From Hydrolagus colliei (taxonomy: Eukaryota): a DNA stretch of 64,000 nucleotides. Of the stretch, positions 25,801 through 40,800 are shown piece after piece. The notes beneath the pieces were generated by a model that saw nothing but the letters and a program-made list of their open reading frames with translations, had not been told where the DNA came from and ran no database searches. The translations under genes and the position numbers were made by a program. Location: assembly GCA_035084275.1 (NCBI GenBank), contig CM068749.1:18290001-18354000 (forward strand). The letters run 5' to 3'. Numbering within the stretch: the first letter of the stretch is position 1; each line of letters opens with the position of its first letter.

Positions 25801-28800
25801 GTTACAAGTTAGATGATTTGTGTATAAAATATGATTGAGTGCAAATAACTCTCATTGCTTTTGATCAGAAACTGAATGGGACTTGAATTCATGTCTACCT
25901 TAAGCAATGGTACAATTGATAAAGATAAGATTAAGCGAGTTTCACTGTATTTAGTTAATAACCATGTAAAGCGATATATAAAAAGATAATTGTCTTGCAC
26001 AATTACATCATATCTCTGATTTCGTTGTTGGCTCACCTTGTGTAATCGTTTTCCCAGGGATAACGGCCAATGGCTTGGTAAAAGACTGTTTGTTTCTCAT
26101 CATAGCCATAATTGTTTGCAAATTCACATTGATACAAGCTTCATCAGGAGGAATGCACTGCAGGAGGAGGCAAACAAATCAAGCAGGTCAAGGATGTGCA
26201 GGCTCACAGCTGCAGTGTCATTGTGTTATCAGCGTTGGTCAAGACCAGTTACATTTTACTAAGCAGCTTGAATTGAAAACTTTATCACCCGATTAATGCT
26301 TCAACATTCCAATCTCCTGCTGTTTGAAGAGCACTGTTGGTTTCCAGATCTCTGTAGAGGGATTGAATGCCATCTCACTCTCTCTCTCATTGACTCACTC
26401 ATTGTACAAGATGGTTGCACAGTGAGTGAAATAGCAATGCAACCTCTCCATATTCTGATGATTTGGGAATGTGGTTTAAAGAGAATATTACCTTTGTCCA
26501 CCCCATGTTAAATATTGGGAGTTTTTCAATTATTGTGCCCAAGAGAGCAACATGTGGTCTCAATTGACTGTTAGTTCTGCTTTCAACGCAAATTTGTGAT
26601 TTTGGGTAGCTCTTGAACCATCAGTACAAGGATAGAGTCATGCTTCATTCAAGACACAAATTTACATTGTGCAGGTAATGAGGGTCATAACGTGAATTTT
26701 CAGATACATTTGGAAATTATTATAAGGATTTAAACAATTTTCTTTTAGTAGTGTTCTTGATGCAAACTACTAGAATTTGAGTTATCTAACTACAGTACTA
26801 GATAAATGTTCCCTTGGGAGTCATGTAGCTCAGTGGTTAGAGCACTCGCCTTACAAGCGAGAGACCTGGGTTCAATACCAGGCAGGGTGAAACCTTGGGT
26901 AAGTTTCCTTACTCGACATGCTGAATAATAATCCCTCAAAAAACCCCAATAATAAATTGATCATTTTAATCCACGATTGTCTGTGGGACACTGCTGTGTG
27001 CAATTGGCTGCTGTGTTTCGCCCACATATATACAGTCAATTTACTTTACAGTATATTCTGTGAAGTGCTTTGAGACACCTAGAAGATGTGAATAGAGTTA
27101 TATCAAATGCGAGGATTATTATATAACTTGATAGGTGTTCTGAATTCTTGAGACTGGAGTATTATTGAACATAGATAATCAGGGAGAAAACTATTCCAAT
27201 GGTCTGTAAATAATTTTTTTTTTAAATTGGGTTAATGTTTAAGTAAATTTTCTTCAGATCTGATCATTTTATATTTGGTAATATAATTGCCACAGAATGC
27301 AATAACCGAACCTTAGGGAGGATGGAATTTCCTGCTCCATCAGCTTCTTTCTTGCTGCACAGAGTAATTTCACAGTGTAGAAAAACTAAGGGCATGCTGT
27401 AGATTGGTTTAAACACAAAGCTGAACCGTTTGTTTTCCATCTCTTCTTGAGCTACAAGGAAATCCATCTTCTGAGGGCTGTAGAATTTCACAGAATCTTC
27501 CTTTGGACAAATGTTTTCAATAATGATGTAACTGGAATCAGCATCAGGGTCTGATGTTGGAGAAATTGAGCAAGACTGGATAACAAAACTGATTTCTGGA
27601 TCAGACTTTGTTATGGAAACCTAAATCCATACAGAGGGGAAACAAATTATTAAAGGTCTCATTATATTTTCTAAAGTACTGTACTGTACTTTCAGATCTT
27701 CATGCTATGCGAAAAGTACAAGTTGTTATATTTATATATTCATACACATATGTAAGGCAAATTAATGACTGGAGCAAGTTACTGGCGAAGATAGTCGAGG
27801 CCATGATACTGGATTCCTTTTTTTAAAAGATAAAGCAGCTTGATGCTGTGGTGGAAAGACTAGGGTATTCTGCAAGGAAGCAATGAAATGGGAGGTATAT
27901 TAATAACTTTAGTGCAATGTTTTATCTGGTATCAAATCTGGAGACAGTTACACAGCAGGGGAAAGATTCTTGATATCTTGCATTCAAATATAGTGCACGA
28001 AGATACTCTCATGGGAACACAGTTTTAAAAAATAGATTGCTTAAAGGTATATTACAATTTTGTTATACCCAACACAATTTTCTCACAGCCTCAAAGGATT
28101 ATTGTGGATATCAGGCATCTAGGAAAATTACATTTAATTTGACAACAAAAATTGGTATAAAGTGCATATTCTGTTCATGGGGGATGGATTTGACTATAGT
28201 CTTTTTCTGATTTAATACTTGCAAATCAACAATTGACAAACAGCACCGGAAGTTGACGGTGACATGCTTATAAGAATGCCTTTGGTCTTAGCCACACAGT
28301 TACTTGTAGCTATCATCCCAACACTTTTCTTCTATAAATCAAACAAATCTAAACCACAAACCACCCCTCTGTCCACTTGGAATATTGGCAAAAATAAAAA
28401 GCTTGGCTAAAACCACACAATATTTCAGCTAATTTCCAACTTTGCCAAAGTTTCTTACCTCAACAAATAATGGTCGATTTTCTGACACGGTGTGGACTCC
28501 TTGTGAGGCTGTGCGAAACAACTCTGTCGTGTATAGATCCATACTCAAAGTCGCATTGCTGCGTTGAGGCAAATTAGGGAAAGGAGATGGCAAATGGAAT
28601 TTAGACCTTTTGTTAGGGTTGTTGTACGTGCAGTTGAACTATTAAAGAAAAATGAAAGTATTGCTTTAGTATTCACAGCAGTATTTACTAATATGTAATG
28701 TTTTTCTGTAAACTCTTACAGTGGGTAAGTAAATAAGTATTCCCAAACAGTTCTGCTAATCAGAAAAGTCAATTACAAGAAGTTTACAGAACTATGAAGT

Positions 28801-31800
28801 CCATTCAGAGCAGATTAATGTAAAGGATAGACTACAAGGTGTTCCCCCCACCCCCATTAACATTTTGCCTAGATCACATGTATGCTTGTAATGTGAAGTC
28901 ATCATTACTGGAAGTGTGGTACAATTCCAGTTTCCATTACAGACAAGCACATATGTACTGCACAGGAAGATGGTCAATTAGCCACAACTAATCACACAAA
29001 CATTTTCAGACCTAGAAACACTGTCTGTGACCTGAAAATCTAGAGACGTGACTCATGGCCCTTATTTCTAACACAACCACTAGAATGTGAAGCTAATTTT
29101 ATGGGCCTAAAACATATGTTATAACAGAGTCACCCTGTACTTAGGATCAACATTTTTGTATAGGATGATGGTTATCCAATTATCAATTTGTTCACTTCAT
29201 CTGCATTGGGCTCCAACTCAGAAGTAGATGTGTGGCTGTGGGATTATTGGCAAAACAATCCAATTGTGTGCATGTGCGAGGTTGCTAGGGATGCAATTAA
29301 ATTGCTCTGCACCAGCAGCATAAACAAAACAGTTTATCCTTTTGTACAACTTTAGAGTCAGAGAAAGAGATTGAGGTAAGTCATAGAGGGAGAGAAAGGC
29401 AGAATGAGAGTCAGTGAAGGAGTGAGAGAGACTTTGAGAAAGAATGCAGAGAGGGACAAATGATGGACAGCAGAATGAGAGAGTTTGAGACAGAGTCAAA
29501 GAGAATTAGAATTTTGCATGAAGGCCAACTATCCACATTATTCACTGATCCACAATGGAGCCAATCCCATTTAGTATGGATAATCAGATCTACACTGTAC
29601 AAATGAAAGATTGATGATCATTTCAATTTACTTTTATTCATGCCAATTTACCACTATGTGGCTATTTAAGTGGTAATGCAGCAATTTGCAAATTTTGGTA
29701 CATCAATGGATTAAAACCACCAGTAGAGCCAAGTAATGGAGAATGAATCTAATTAATTTAAATCGCGGTGCAATAGTCATCATTGAGCTTCTCAATCATG
29801 GCGTACTCTAAAATCTCAATTGACTTCAGAAGACTAAACAACAATAACAACAACAATTTGCATTTATAGAGCACCTTTCACGTCGGGAGGACGTCCCAAG
29901 GCACTGAACAGGAGGCGTGTGACCCGAGCTGGGAGGGGAGTGTTTGGGAAGGGGTGAAACACGAAGGGGAGGTAAAAGAGTTCGGGGTGGAACAAAAGGC
30001 ACGATCGAAGAAGAAAGTCTTCAAACCGGCCTTGAAAGAGGAAAGGGAAGAGACGAAACGGAGGGATTGAGGGATGGCATTCCATAAGTCACTACGGAAT
30101 ACAACAAGGAATAATTTATTACATTCACAAAATACACTGACTAACTACTGAAGGATTAACCGAATGTCAATTCTTATTTGAAACCAAAACAGAAATCACT
30201 GGGAACACTCAGCAAATCGGGCAGCTTCTACGGAGAAAGGAAAAGTGAGTCAACATTTCAGGTCCATGACCCTTTGTCAGAATTTGCATTTTTGTCAATT
30301 CTTATTTGTAGAATTGCAGATTTGAAAGCCCGCTATTCTTGCAAAGTTAGAAAAAAGCATGCTCACCTCCCTAAACAGTAACCTCTTCTCTTTACATGAA
30401 ATACTTTACAATGTAAATAAAGATAAATAGTATGCACATTACCATAACAGTTTGGGGTCTGTTTCCATCTTCAAGCATGCCATTATCTCCTGATTCTTCA
30501 TCTTCATAATCTGTTGACCAGCCACTTCCCTCAGCAGGATACTCCAGTTGTACAACAACCTAACAGTGAGTTCAAAACACATTACAATCCTGCAGCAACC
30601 TGTTTTTTCCTACTTAATTTGCAAGGTCATTCACATAAACATTCTAAATCAGATATTGTACCAGCCAAAAAAATTATGAAATTTAACAATTAATTATTTT
30701 TCTTCCTAAGGAAAACAAAAGTGTATAAGTCATTTTTTTGGAATGTACTAAAGTAAAATTGTATAACATGCACTAGCACTTATCAGTTAACAACCATCCA
30801 TGACATGCGTTGAAGATCATTTTAGGATAAACTAATTATGGCTAATGTGAAATCAATGGCTGGCAGGCACTTAAATATCTCATAACCTAGAACCATTCTG
30901 TAGAATTTGACTGAGCTATTCCAAATGAGGTAATCCTACATAATAGGCTGATCTTGTGCATTATTCTGAATCTGCTTTTCAAATGGAAAATATATCTCTC
31001 ATGCCATTATGATGAATAATTCTCAGTCAGCAACCATTTGAAAATCAGTGAAGCAATATTCAAGATATCACAACAAAAAAATATTCTTCCCTTTCAGAAC
31101 TTTTTTTTAGTGGAGAATGACAATGTACACACATTGTTAAAAATAACTGTAAAAAATTCAGTTTTACTTACTGAATTCAGGTAAATAGTTGAACCATCTA
31201 TTGTGGATGTATACTTGGTAGTTTCACAATTTTTGAGTGAGGATTCCAAAATGTAATGGGTAGCATTTTCCTTTGCTTTGCATTTAGGATCCAAGAGACT
31301 AACCTGTGTCACTGTAGAAGTATCCGTCTGCAGGAGAAAAATAAATATGAAACATGAAATCTTCTTACAGAATGCTGAACTTTTAGTTATTTTGGCCCGA
31401 ACAAATATGTTCACATTATGAACACACTGATCCCTTTGATTCATGTCAGCACCTAAAAAAACCCAACATTTTAATTATTGCTATGCTGACAACAGAAATC
31501 TTGGGAGTCTGCATATAGCACACAGAAAAATGTATCAGAGGCGACATGATCATTTTCTTTAATTAATTTTTTTGCATTTTGCTTCTAATATGACTGCTGA
31601 AATATTGGATCCAGATGACCTCATTAAATTGAGGTCTTGTATAATCAGAATGAAATGTGTTTTTCCTGAACAACATTTAAACCTTTTGGTCATTTATTTG
31701 TTAACCGATCATTTATTTGGTAACAAACATGCAGAGTTCCTGTTTGTTTGTCAGCTCATTACAAAATCAAACACCTACAAGCTTACAAACATTTTGCTAG

Positions 31801-34800
31801 CCCATCAATCTGTGCTTCACCAGTTATTTGACTAGGGCACTAGATGAGATCATTCTGCAGCTGTAAGTGTTCCATTTGTTGGGTGGAGTGGGAAGAATGA
31901 TGTAGTCTAACATGCCCTACTCAAATCTCAACTCCTTCAAACTATAAAAGGAGCCTCACTGATTATGGAGAAGCCTATGTCCCATGCTGCTTTTGCCCAA
32001 CCCCTGGAAAACTATACATGACAAGAAAATGTAAGGTAACAAAATACAGGAGTATCAACAGCTTTTAAAAAAATTGTGTGTTTTTTTAAATGGTGAGGAT
32101 TGTGAAGCTGATCTGTTAGGAGATAGGGAGCCAATGAAGCCTGTCAATGATGGGAGTAATGAACATGTAAAGTTTCATGTGGGCAAGGAGGTGATTAAAA
32201 AAACTTTTGGAAGAACTGGAGTTTGTGGATAGTGGATATGTGCAGGCTGATGAGGAGGGCATTTAAAACTTGAGTCTGGAGGGGATGAAGTGATGGATGA
32301 GGTTTTTGCAGCATGATTTAGAATGGAGGCAGGTTGAAAAGTTGCAGAAAAGTGGTCTTAGTCAGGGACCAGATGTAAGAAAGAAAGAGATCTAAGACTT
32401 GAATCAAGATCACATTTAGTGGTTTGAGAAGAGAAAGATGAAGCTTGAGCAAGTTGGAACCAGAGGAAAGGTGTGGTTAAGAGCTGAGGAGGATGGCTTC
32501 TAACTTGTCCATCTTTAGCTGAAGAAAGTTGAGGTTTATCCAGGACTTGATGTCTGACACACAGATATTCAGCACATCAATAGACCTAACATCAAGGGTA
32601 GAGGTACAGATGTAAATTTAGGTGTCATCTACAGACATGAGGAAACCAATTCCATGCGGATGTGGCCCTCAAAGGAGAGCCAGTAGTTGCAGGTGACTAT
32701 ATGAGGGTGATAGAAGTCATTGAAGAAAACAAACCTGTAAACTGTCTTTTTCAACTGTAACTATCATTCTATGATCCTCACATCGCAGAGACAGTACAAC
32801 GTTATCGATGGCCTGAATCTCCTCTGGTTCAGATAGTCCTTCCCTCATCAATTTTTCAAGAGGTCTTTCCCAGGGCCTTTGTAGCAGTTCAGGGTTTGTG
32901 CCTCCTTTACCATAATCTTCTCTTCGAAGGGGAAAGCGAAATCGAAATGGGTCTGATAACGTTTGTTCAGGAAACATTTGTCCAGGAAATTGAGGAGGCT
33001 GTCTGAGAAGGTCAAGCTCTGGAGGAAAAACTGATTTTGCCTCATCTTGTTGAACCCCTGAGAAAAAGAACAATGGTTTTGAAATTTGTTTACTTAAATA
33101 TTTTTATTTTTAACATTTAATGCCTAGACCATTAAAATAACTGAAGCCCATGAAAGACTGAAATATTGTTTGAATTTTTAAAGTATATTTACTTTTTATA
33201 AAGGAGAAATTATTCTTATTGCACTTTTAGTAATCTGTGTAATACCCAACAGGTTTGAAACAAGCATAATATGTGTTTAATTTTTTGAAAAATGGGGGTG
33301 CTCTCACTGACGTGTCTCATATTGACTCACAATGTTAGTCTTAACATCATTATCTCAAAATGTTAATGTGCAGAATTTTCAAATGACCTACACCAAACCT
33401 TTTATTAAAGTTACGTTGTATTATTTTTTTATCAACATAAAGGTTGTGAAAAATCCAATTTAAGATCTTGACATGTTACAGCATTTCACCCTTAAATCAT
33501 TACAAAATGACTCAATTGTAGATGGAGAACTAGGTAATATATATGTTATGTATTGGCAATGAAAACCATGATACTTGGCAGGAGGGAGAAAGAGTGAAGG
33601 AGGGTTAGGCTCCACAATTTACCCCTCTGGGTGCAGAAGCCAATCACAGTTTTATTACTGTCTATCATATACATAGTTTTGGATTTCCACTGCAATAGAC
33701 TGAGAAAATCAGCAGGGAGGGGAGGGGGCGGGCTTCCTTGAGGGACTTTAAATTGCTGGACAGCCAGAGCATAATTACTTCATTCACTTTTCAATTAGCT
33801 CTCTGCAGGATTTTTTTCTCTCTCAAACACATGCACCTCCCCCAATCCTCAACCACTAACACATGTATACATTATTTTTTCAAAGGTCAACACCCTTTGA
33901 AAGGGTGTAATTTGATACATTCAATTTGCACTTCACAGAAAGCGAATAACAAACTGAATCGCCTGTGAGGTAAAGAAAGAGATTACACAGGAAATATTAT
34001 TCAAAGTGCCTTGCTCTGGTCTATGCCAGATTGATCCTGTGGAAACAGGCCTAATATATGTATTGTCGCCTTTGATTCTACAATGGCAATATGATCCGCT
34101 ATACTGATTAATAATGTGGTTTCTGCATTTCAAAGAAATGCACCCAATTTGAGGCATTACTTCAACACAAGTTGCCTATCAAAGCCATGTTTTGTGTATT
34201 ACACCGTTATTGCTATTGCATCCCATTCTTGCAATTCATTTGTATGCAATGTCTAAAGTCAGAAACACTTACCAGATTCTTGAAGTCTTAAATGAATTTG
34301 GTTTGCAACACCAACTTTTGTATAGGAAGTGATAGGACTGTGACTACGTTCTTGTGCCCAGTTTATAAGATCAATGTAGTTGGATGCCAGATTTGGCATT
34401 ACTTCTTTCTTCACAATCATCATGCCTTCCATCTCCCGATTGATGCTGACGCTGATGCTGTCAGAGGCCTGGATGTGATGGAAAAAAAATTGACACAATA
34501 AGCTATTTACTTTTTTTCTAGCTGTTGTTTTTATTGGGAATCTCAACAGATTGACTTCAAGTTTCCTGGAGTCCTACCATCTCCCTATCTCTAGCACGTT
34601 CTTCTACCCCACTCTTCTGCTCACCCCTCTGATCAGCTAACTGGTCACCACAGGTGCCTGGGCCTTGATCAACTAATTCCCTATCCTCTGGAACTGTCTC
34701 AGCCCAACCACACTCTGTCTTTAAATCCCACCAAAAATCTACCTCTATGATCATTTCCCCCTTATCCCTACTTCTCCCTTCTTCTGTATCCAATCCAGTC

Positions 34801-37800
34801 TATGTGAAGCACTTAGACAGTATCCTACTTAAAGCCTCTTTATAATTGCTAGTGGTTTTTGTTGTTGGTCGTCTTGTGCAAGCACAGGCATAATGGGAGA
34901 AATGGCTTCTTCTTTGTTGCTCAATTATAGAATTTGCTATCTTTCATCACAGAACTAATCTAATTTATAAATACTGTAATTTGATAAAAGTAAATATATT
35001 TTATTTGTTTTAGAACAGTTTTTGAAATTACTTACATAATTTAGTTGCTTATCTTCAAATAAAAAGAACACATGTACAAGCAATTTTGCATCTGGATGTC
35101 CATTTAACAAAATAAATTGAGGGCAAAAAAAGGTTAATTATTCTTAACTAGTTTGTTTCTCATAATATATTATAGCTCCAGGCAGCTATTATCTATTGTC
35201 ACATCTCCCTAACAAAACCTATACTCCAACTGTCAGAACCATGCTTTGGATCTTATCGGCAACTTCCTGCATCAGAAATCTATAAGTTTCTTTACTGAGA
35301 CATCATTATTATCCATTACTATAATCTAAGTTGATGATTCAAAGCAGAATTTCTTACAGTAAGATGATGAATGCTGATTAAATTAGTGCAGAATACATTA
35401 TTGCCACGCAAATGTACTTTCCCCATTTGTACATTTCCGTTAATGTTTACCACAATGAACGTAAAAGCAAGCTATATTGGCTGGTATGATGGTGTTGTGT
35501 GTTTAGAGCATTGTTGCTTAGTATCAGCTCATCAAAAATGAGCTGATATTGGTTCCGAATCAGAACATTGCAGAATGGAAAGTGGATGCTTCAAGAAAGA
35601 TATTATCAAGTGGGTAAAACTGGTACCTAACCCTTCTTGAAGGCAAACGAGGGAAGAGTGATTTTGTGGGAGCAAGCTGTCCATCAACTCATCAAACAGA
35701 CAGAATTAAAGACCGTATATAACTTCTAATAACTAGCTATCATGATTAAAAAAAGACAAGATTTTACAACCAATTTAACAAATGAACAACCTCAGATTCA
35801 TATTGTGTTTGAATGGTTACAAATCAAGCAAAGAGCTGTGGGACCTGTGGTTCCTTTTGTCCCCGTTTCTAAAATAGAAGCTGCACATTTCTGAAACTTG
35901 GCAGAATAAATTGACCTTTTAGTAATGCTTTTATATTAGTCCCAGTTTGTCAAACAATTTGTAAATGAATTATTTTTGTAACTTCAAAATTATTTTTACA
36001 ATAACTTTAAAAGTTATGATAATTCTATAGTGTAGTATTTGTGTGTGTATATTTAGGGGTGGGGAAATGAGAAGGGTATAAATTGTCACTTCTCAACCAA
36101 AATTTAATACATGCCTTTTATGGGTCTAACAGAGCAAAAGATATCTGAATCTAAACCACTGACACAAATTAATATAATTCAGTAATATAAACTCTTTTGA
36201 TCAAGGAAAAGCCACATGGAACAGATGCATTTATGGTTTGATTAGCAATCTGACCATTCTGAGCAGAATACACACACTATATAAATTTCATGCTTCAAAT
36301 AATGTTTTTGATTGAAATGCATGATCATTTCACAGGCATAATGCAGTGTATCTTTACTAAATTCCCCATTTGTTCCTCATTTTGTTTGCCCTTATTGTGA
36401 CCAAAATGTAATCCTTTCCCACTGAAAATTCCCACGGATTCAGCAATCCCCTACTTAGACTTCCACTATGGTTGTATTGTTTTTAGGAGCACCACAATCA
36501 CGGTTAATTATTCAATTTCTCCTTCAGGATTTCCAAAGCGTTACACCCTCAAACTTTGCCTATAAATATTCATTCAACTCCCCTTTTGATCAGACATTGA
36601 TTTCCCCTTTGTTAAGTGCCAAATCATTATCTTTACTATAGATCCCTCTTTGTAATTTTAATGAACTTATTCATTTAATTTTATGTTTATTTTCTAATAA
36701 TTTTGCCAATCATTTCATGTAATACTTCTTTACGTTTATTTCAGCTGTTAAGGTTGTCAAAACTTCAGGTGGAATTACCTCTAATATCTAATTCAGGTAG
36801 AATTACCTCTGTTTCCTCCACTTAGATTCATTGTTAAAGAAAGGTCAAATTTCAACACATGTTTGTAATAATAGTTGAATTTATCACCTAAAATCAAGTT
36901 GCCCAATTTCCCTTTCTGCATGACATTGATTTCATGCTGTGGACAGACAGCTGAACAAATACTGGTTTCAGAAGTGCATTGTCATGACTGGCACAGTCCC
37001 ATTTCAATTCTCAGAGGCATTTAACGCATGTTGCTGCCATGCTTCATTCTTCCCACACCATGTCAAGTAATCAAACTGTGGGAACAGCATACTGCTAAAT
37101 TTGTTTAAAAACATCATTATGGCACTACATCTTTACACACAGATAAGAAGCTGTATTTGCATAACTAACTTTTTTTTAAAAAAGGGATCTGACATAATTT
37201 CAAGATCCAATATCCAAAAGATATATTTTTAAAATAATTTGGTCACTCAATCCATGACAGTTTATGGGACACTGATGTGAGGAATTGATGCCATGTTTTG
37301 CCCACAAACATGCAGTCAATTCACTTTACGGTGAAGGGCTTTGAGGTGTCCAGAAGACATGAAAAGCGCTATCTCAAATGCAAGAATTATTATTATAATT
37401 ACGTTGTTAGCTTCCTAATAAAATGTTGACAGTTGTCATTCAGACAGGCAGTAAGGCAACAGGCGTCTCTAACACCGGCAAGTGAATTTTCTTTTTAAAA
37501 AGTGAAAAACTACATATTGAACTTTATCAGTTGTTTAGAAAAGGAGTCATAAAATAATTAGATTCAATGGTTTTAAACAAACCAGGACTTATTTTTAATG
37601 GTCTTCGACTACATTAAAGATAAAGAAATACATGACTTGACTGACAAAAATAAATCTGTTAGAACATTTCTTCAGCTGCTGTGTTGCACAAAATAATTTC
37701 CCTTTTGTTGACATAGTGTTGGGTTAAGTGTGAAACTACTATATACTATATTGAACTGTTTAAACAGGAGGTTTAGAACTGGTCTCTACAATTTACGACT

Positions 37801-40800
37801 CAGAAAATAATAGTCCTGAAAATTTGATTTTCTGACGCATCCAAAATAAATTCTAGGCAAGTGAGGTAATCATCAACAAACAGTATTGATGACACATTTA
37901 TACATTTTATTTTGTTTATCCAGCAAATAAATAATCAGCTTGCAATCAAGTTTAATTTATGAAAACTAATGAGGGGTGTTTGCTATTCAGAATTCATTGG
38001 ACTTAAAGAGATTTAAATCTTCATTCTTTTATAAAAAATAATCCAGTATAGCAGGGAAAGCTTCAGATAAACTCCCTAGTTAGTACAAGTAGTTTTTCAC
38101 CTGCATCGGGTGAATACTTTAGACAAAAAACTTAATGTAGACTTTTTTCACTCTTAATAAAATCAAAGTATCGATAATAATTTAGGGTATCCCATAACTG
38201 CTGGAACTTATTCAACATGGAAACTTTCTTTTTATCTTTTGTAGCATGGGGTTCCACAACTTTCCCAAATCTGAAAGAGGCCCCTAGCTTCAGATAAAAT
38301 AACAAACCTAAGAAAAGGATGGAAACAAGTATCAACAAGAAAAGCATTAACTTTACCCCTGAGAGCAAACCTAGATAAGCTGTAGTTTTTATGAAGAGCT
38401 TATGAAAATGTAGAACTCAAAAGCCCAAGGGAACCAATATACATTGCCAGCACTGTACTCCAGGTTTCACGTTACACTCTTCAATAATTCAGTTTGATGT
38501 TGTGAAAAATACCACACTTTTGCAAGAATTAACTTAATTTGTGGTTTGAAGTACATCATCATTCAAATATTACTCAGTTTCTTTCAAGTAACTCTTGAAT
38601 GTCACAGAAAAGATAGCAAATTGTATTTTGCTGGTCAAAAGTAGATTTTTTTAATTCATCTATTTTTGTTTTTAAAACTGTTTGGAAGATTATATTTTTA
38701 AAGATTATTTTATAAATATTTAATACATTTATGAAAGTTTGTTATACAACAAACTTTCATAAATATGTAGGCTAATTCAACTAGGAGCAGTTCACAAAGA
38801 CAGGATATGTTGCTGAGAAAGGCAGAAGCGAGGGGGAACAGGAGAGCTGACCCTAGTCACGGTCAAAGAGGTAGATATTTGGGTGGGATTTAAGAACAGA
38901 TGAGATAGGGGTGGAGGATGGCAGTTCGACACATTCAGGGCATGGTAACTGATTGCTCAGCTACAACTGACAGCTCGGATCTCTCTCCCTCTACTCTTAT
39001 AATAATAATAATAATCCTTGCATTTGGTACAGCACAATTTTCACATCTTATCAACGTCCCAAAGCACTTCACAGAATATACTGTAAAGTGAATTGACTGT
39101 ATTTATTTGTGGGCGAATCGCGGCAGCCAATTGCGCACAGCAGTGTCCCACAAACAGTCGTGGATTAAAATGACCAATTTTATTATTGTGGTTTTTTGGA
39201 TGGATTATTATTAGGGGTGTGGAGTAAGGAAACTTGCCCAAGGTTTCGCCCTGCCCTGCCCTGATTCGAACACAGGTCTCCCCAGCTTGGTCTCCCCAGC
39301 TTGCAAGACAAGTGCTCTAATCACTAGGCCATAGGAGCTCCTACTCTTCTGTCCTGCTCGCCTCTATCTGCAGCATGGTTTGTTGGTAGCACACCTAGTC
39401 AAAGTTGTGGTTTCAAGTCCCGCGTCTGAACTTGGAGCACACAGTCTAGGCTGGTACTCCAATACTGGGTCAGTGCTGCATTTTTTTGAGGTACCATCTT
39501 TTAGATGAGATGTTAAACCAAGGTCCCATCTGCTTGTTCCGAAGGACATAAACATTCCATTGGCACCAGTTTAAAAACAGAAGCGAGTTTCTACAGATAT
39601 TCACCAGATAACATTGTCGTTCACTTCATGGCTGTTTATGGGGCACTGCTGTGTGCAAATTGGCTGCCACATTTACCTACAAATATGTAGATTTTTGTTG
39701 CTGCACTTTATAGTAAAATACTGAAATGTCTCGATAACAAAAGGCTATATCAAATGTAAGGATTATAAATTGAAAATAAAAACCTAAGTCTTCTACGTCT
39801 ATGATCACTTTCCCCTATCCTCCAATACTTGGCATCCAACATCATCTCTGAAGTGCTTCGCGATGTTTTCCTCCCTAAAGGGTACTATATGCAAGTTATT
39901 TGTTATTTTTAGCTTGGTCTATAATTTGAAGTCATCATTCTGCAACATTTAAAGTTCAAATACTTACTACTACTTCCAGCTTTCCATAAATGTCACGTGA
40001 GTTGATTACCCAATTGACGGCCTTCTCACATTTGAGGACAAGCAAAATATTTTTGTGAAGACTGGAGGCTGTTTCCAATGGTCGTATGTCAACAATTATG
40101 TCCATCTTGAAAACCCTGCTGTGGAACAATTTAAGGCAAAGTAAAGTTTATGCCAGAAACATTTTACTAAACCTGAACTTCTTCCAGCTGAACGTGTCTT
40201 TAGTGTCTGGCCAGATGATTAATAAGTTGGATTTAAGCCCAGACTATGGTGCATGTGCAAAATAGGCTACTACTTCATATATATTAGAATAATTCACAAC
40301 AATTTAAATAAAATAACTACACATTTTTGCTCATGGTTGAAGGGACGGATTTTGTCAAGGTGGAATTTGATCACAAACAAAAGTGCTTTGCTCCTTTTCA
40401 CTATCGCTTATCAATAGTTTCAACTAAGCTTCCTAATAACCCACTCCAGCTGTTGATTACCCTATGAACAGAGAAATACTTGCTAAGATCTGTTCTCAAC
40501 CTGGGCTTCATAAATTACTTACCATACTGCCTTCGGCATATCTGAAAGCATTTGTTTTAGGCTTACTTTCCCAATCCCTATTTCAATGCTACTAACATGC
40601 ATATAGATGAGTGGTGTCACTTATATAGAAGGAACATTTGTTGATGACCCAGACAGCATGCTTAAAGAATAGAATTATTAATGAACTGAGAATATGTCTA
40701 TCTCTAAATTAACCTTTTACTTTAGTAGGACTTGTGCTTTTATTTTAAATACACAATTCATGAATATGATAAGTATACTTCCAATTTGGACAAAATAGTA

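Noticed and set aside
28792-28977. ORF containing MTSHY, like the human TGFBR3 N-terminus
   Set aside because: It lies in intron 11 and no hydrophobic signal sequence follows; coincidental.
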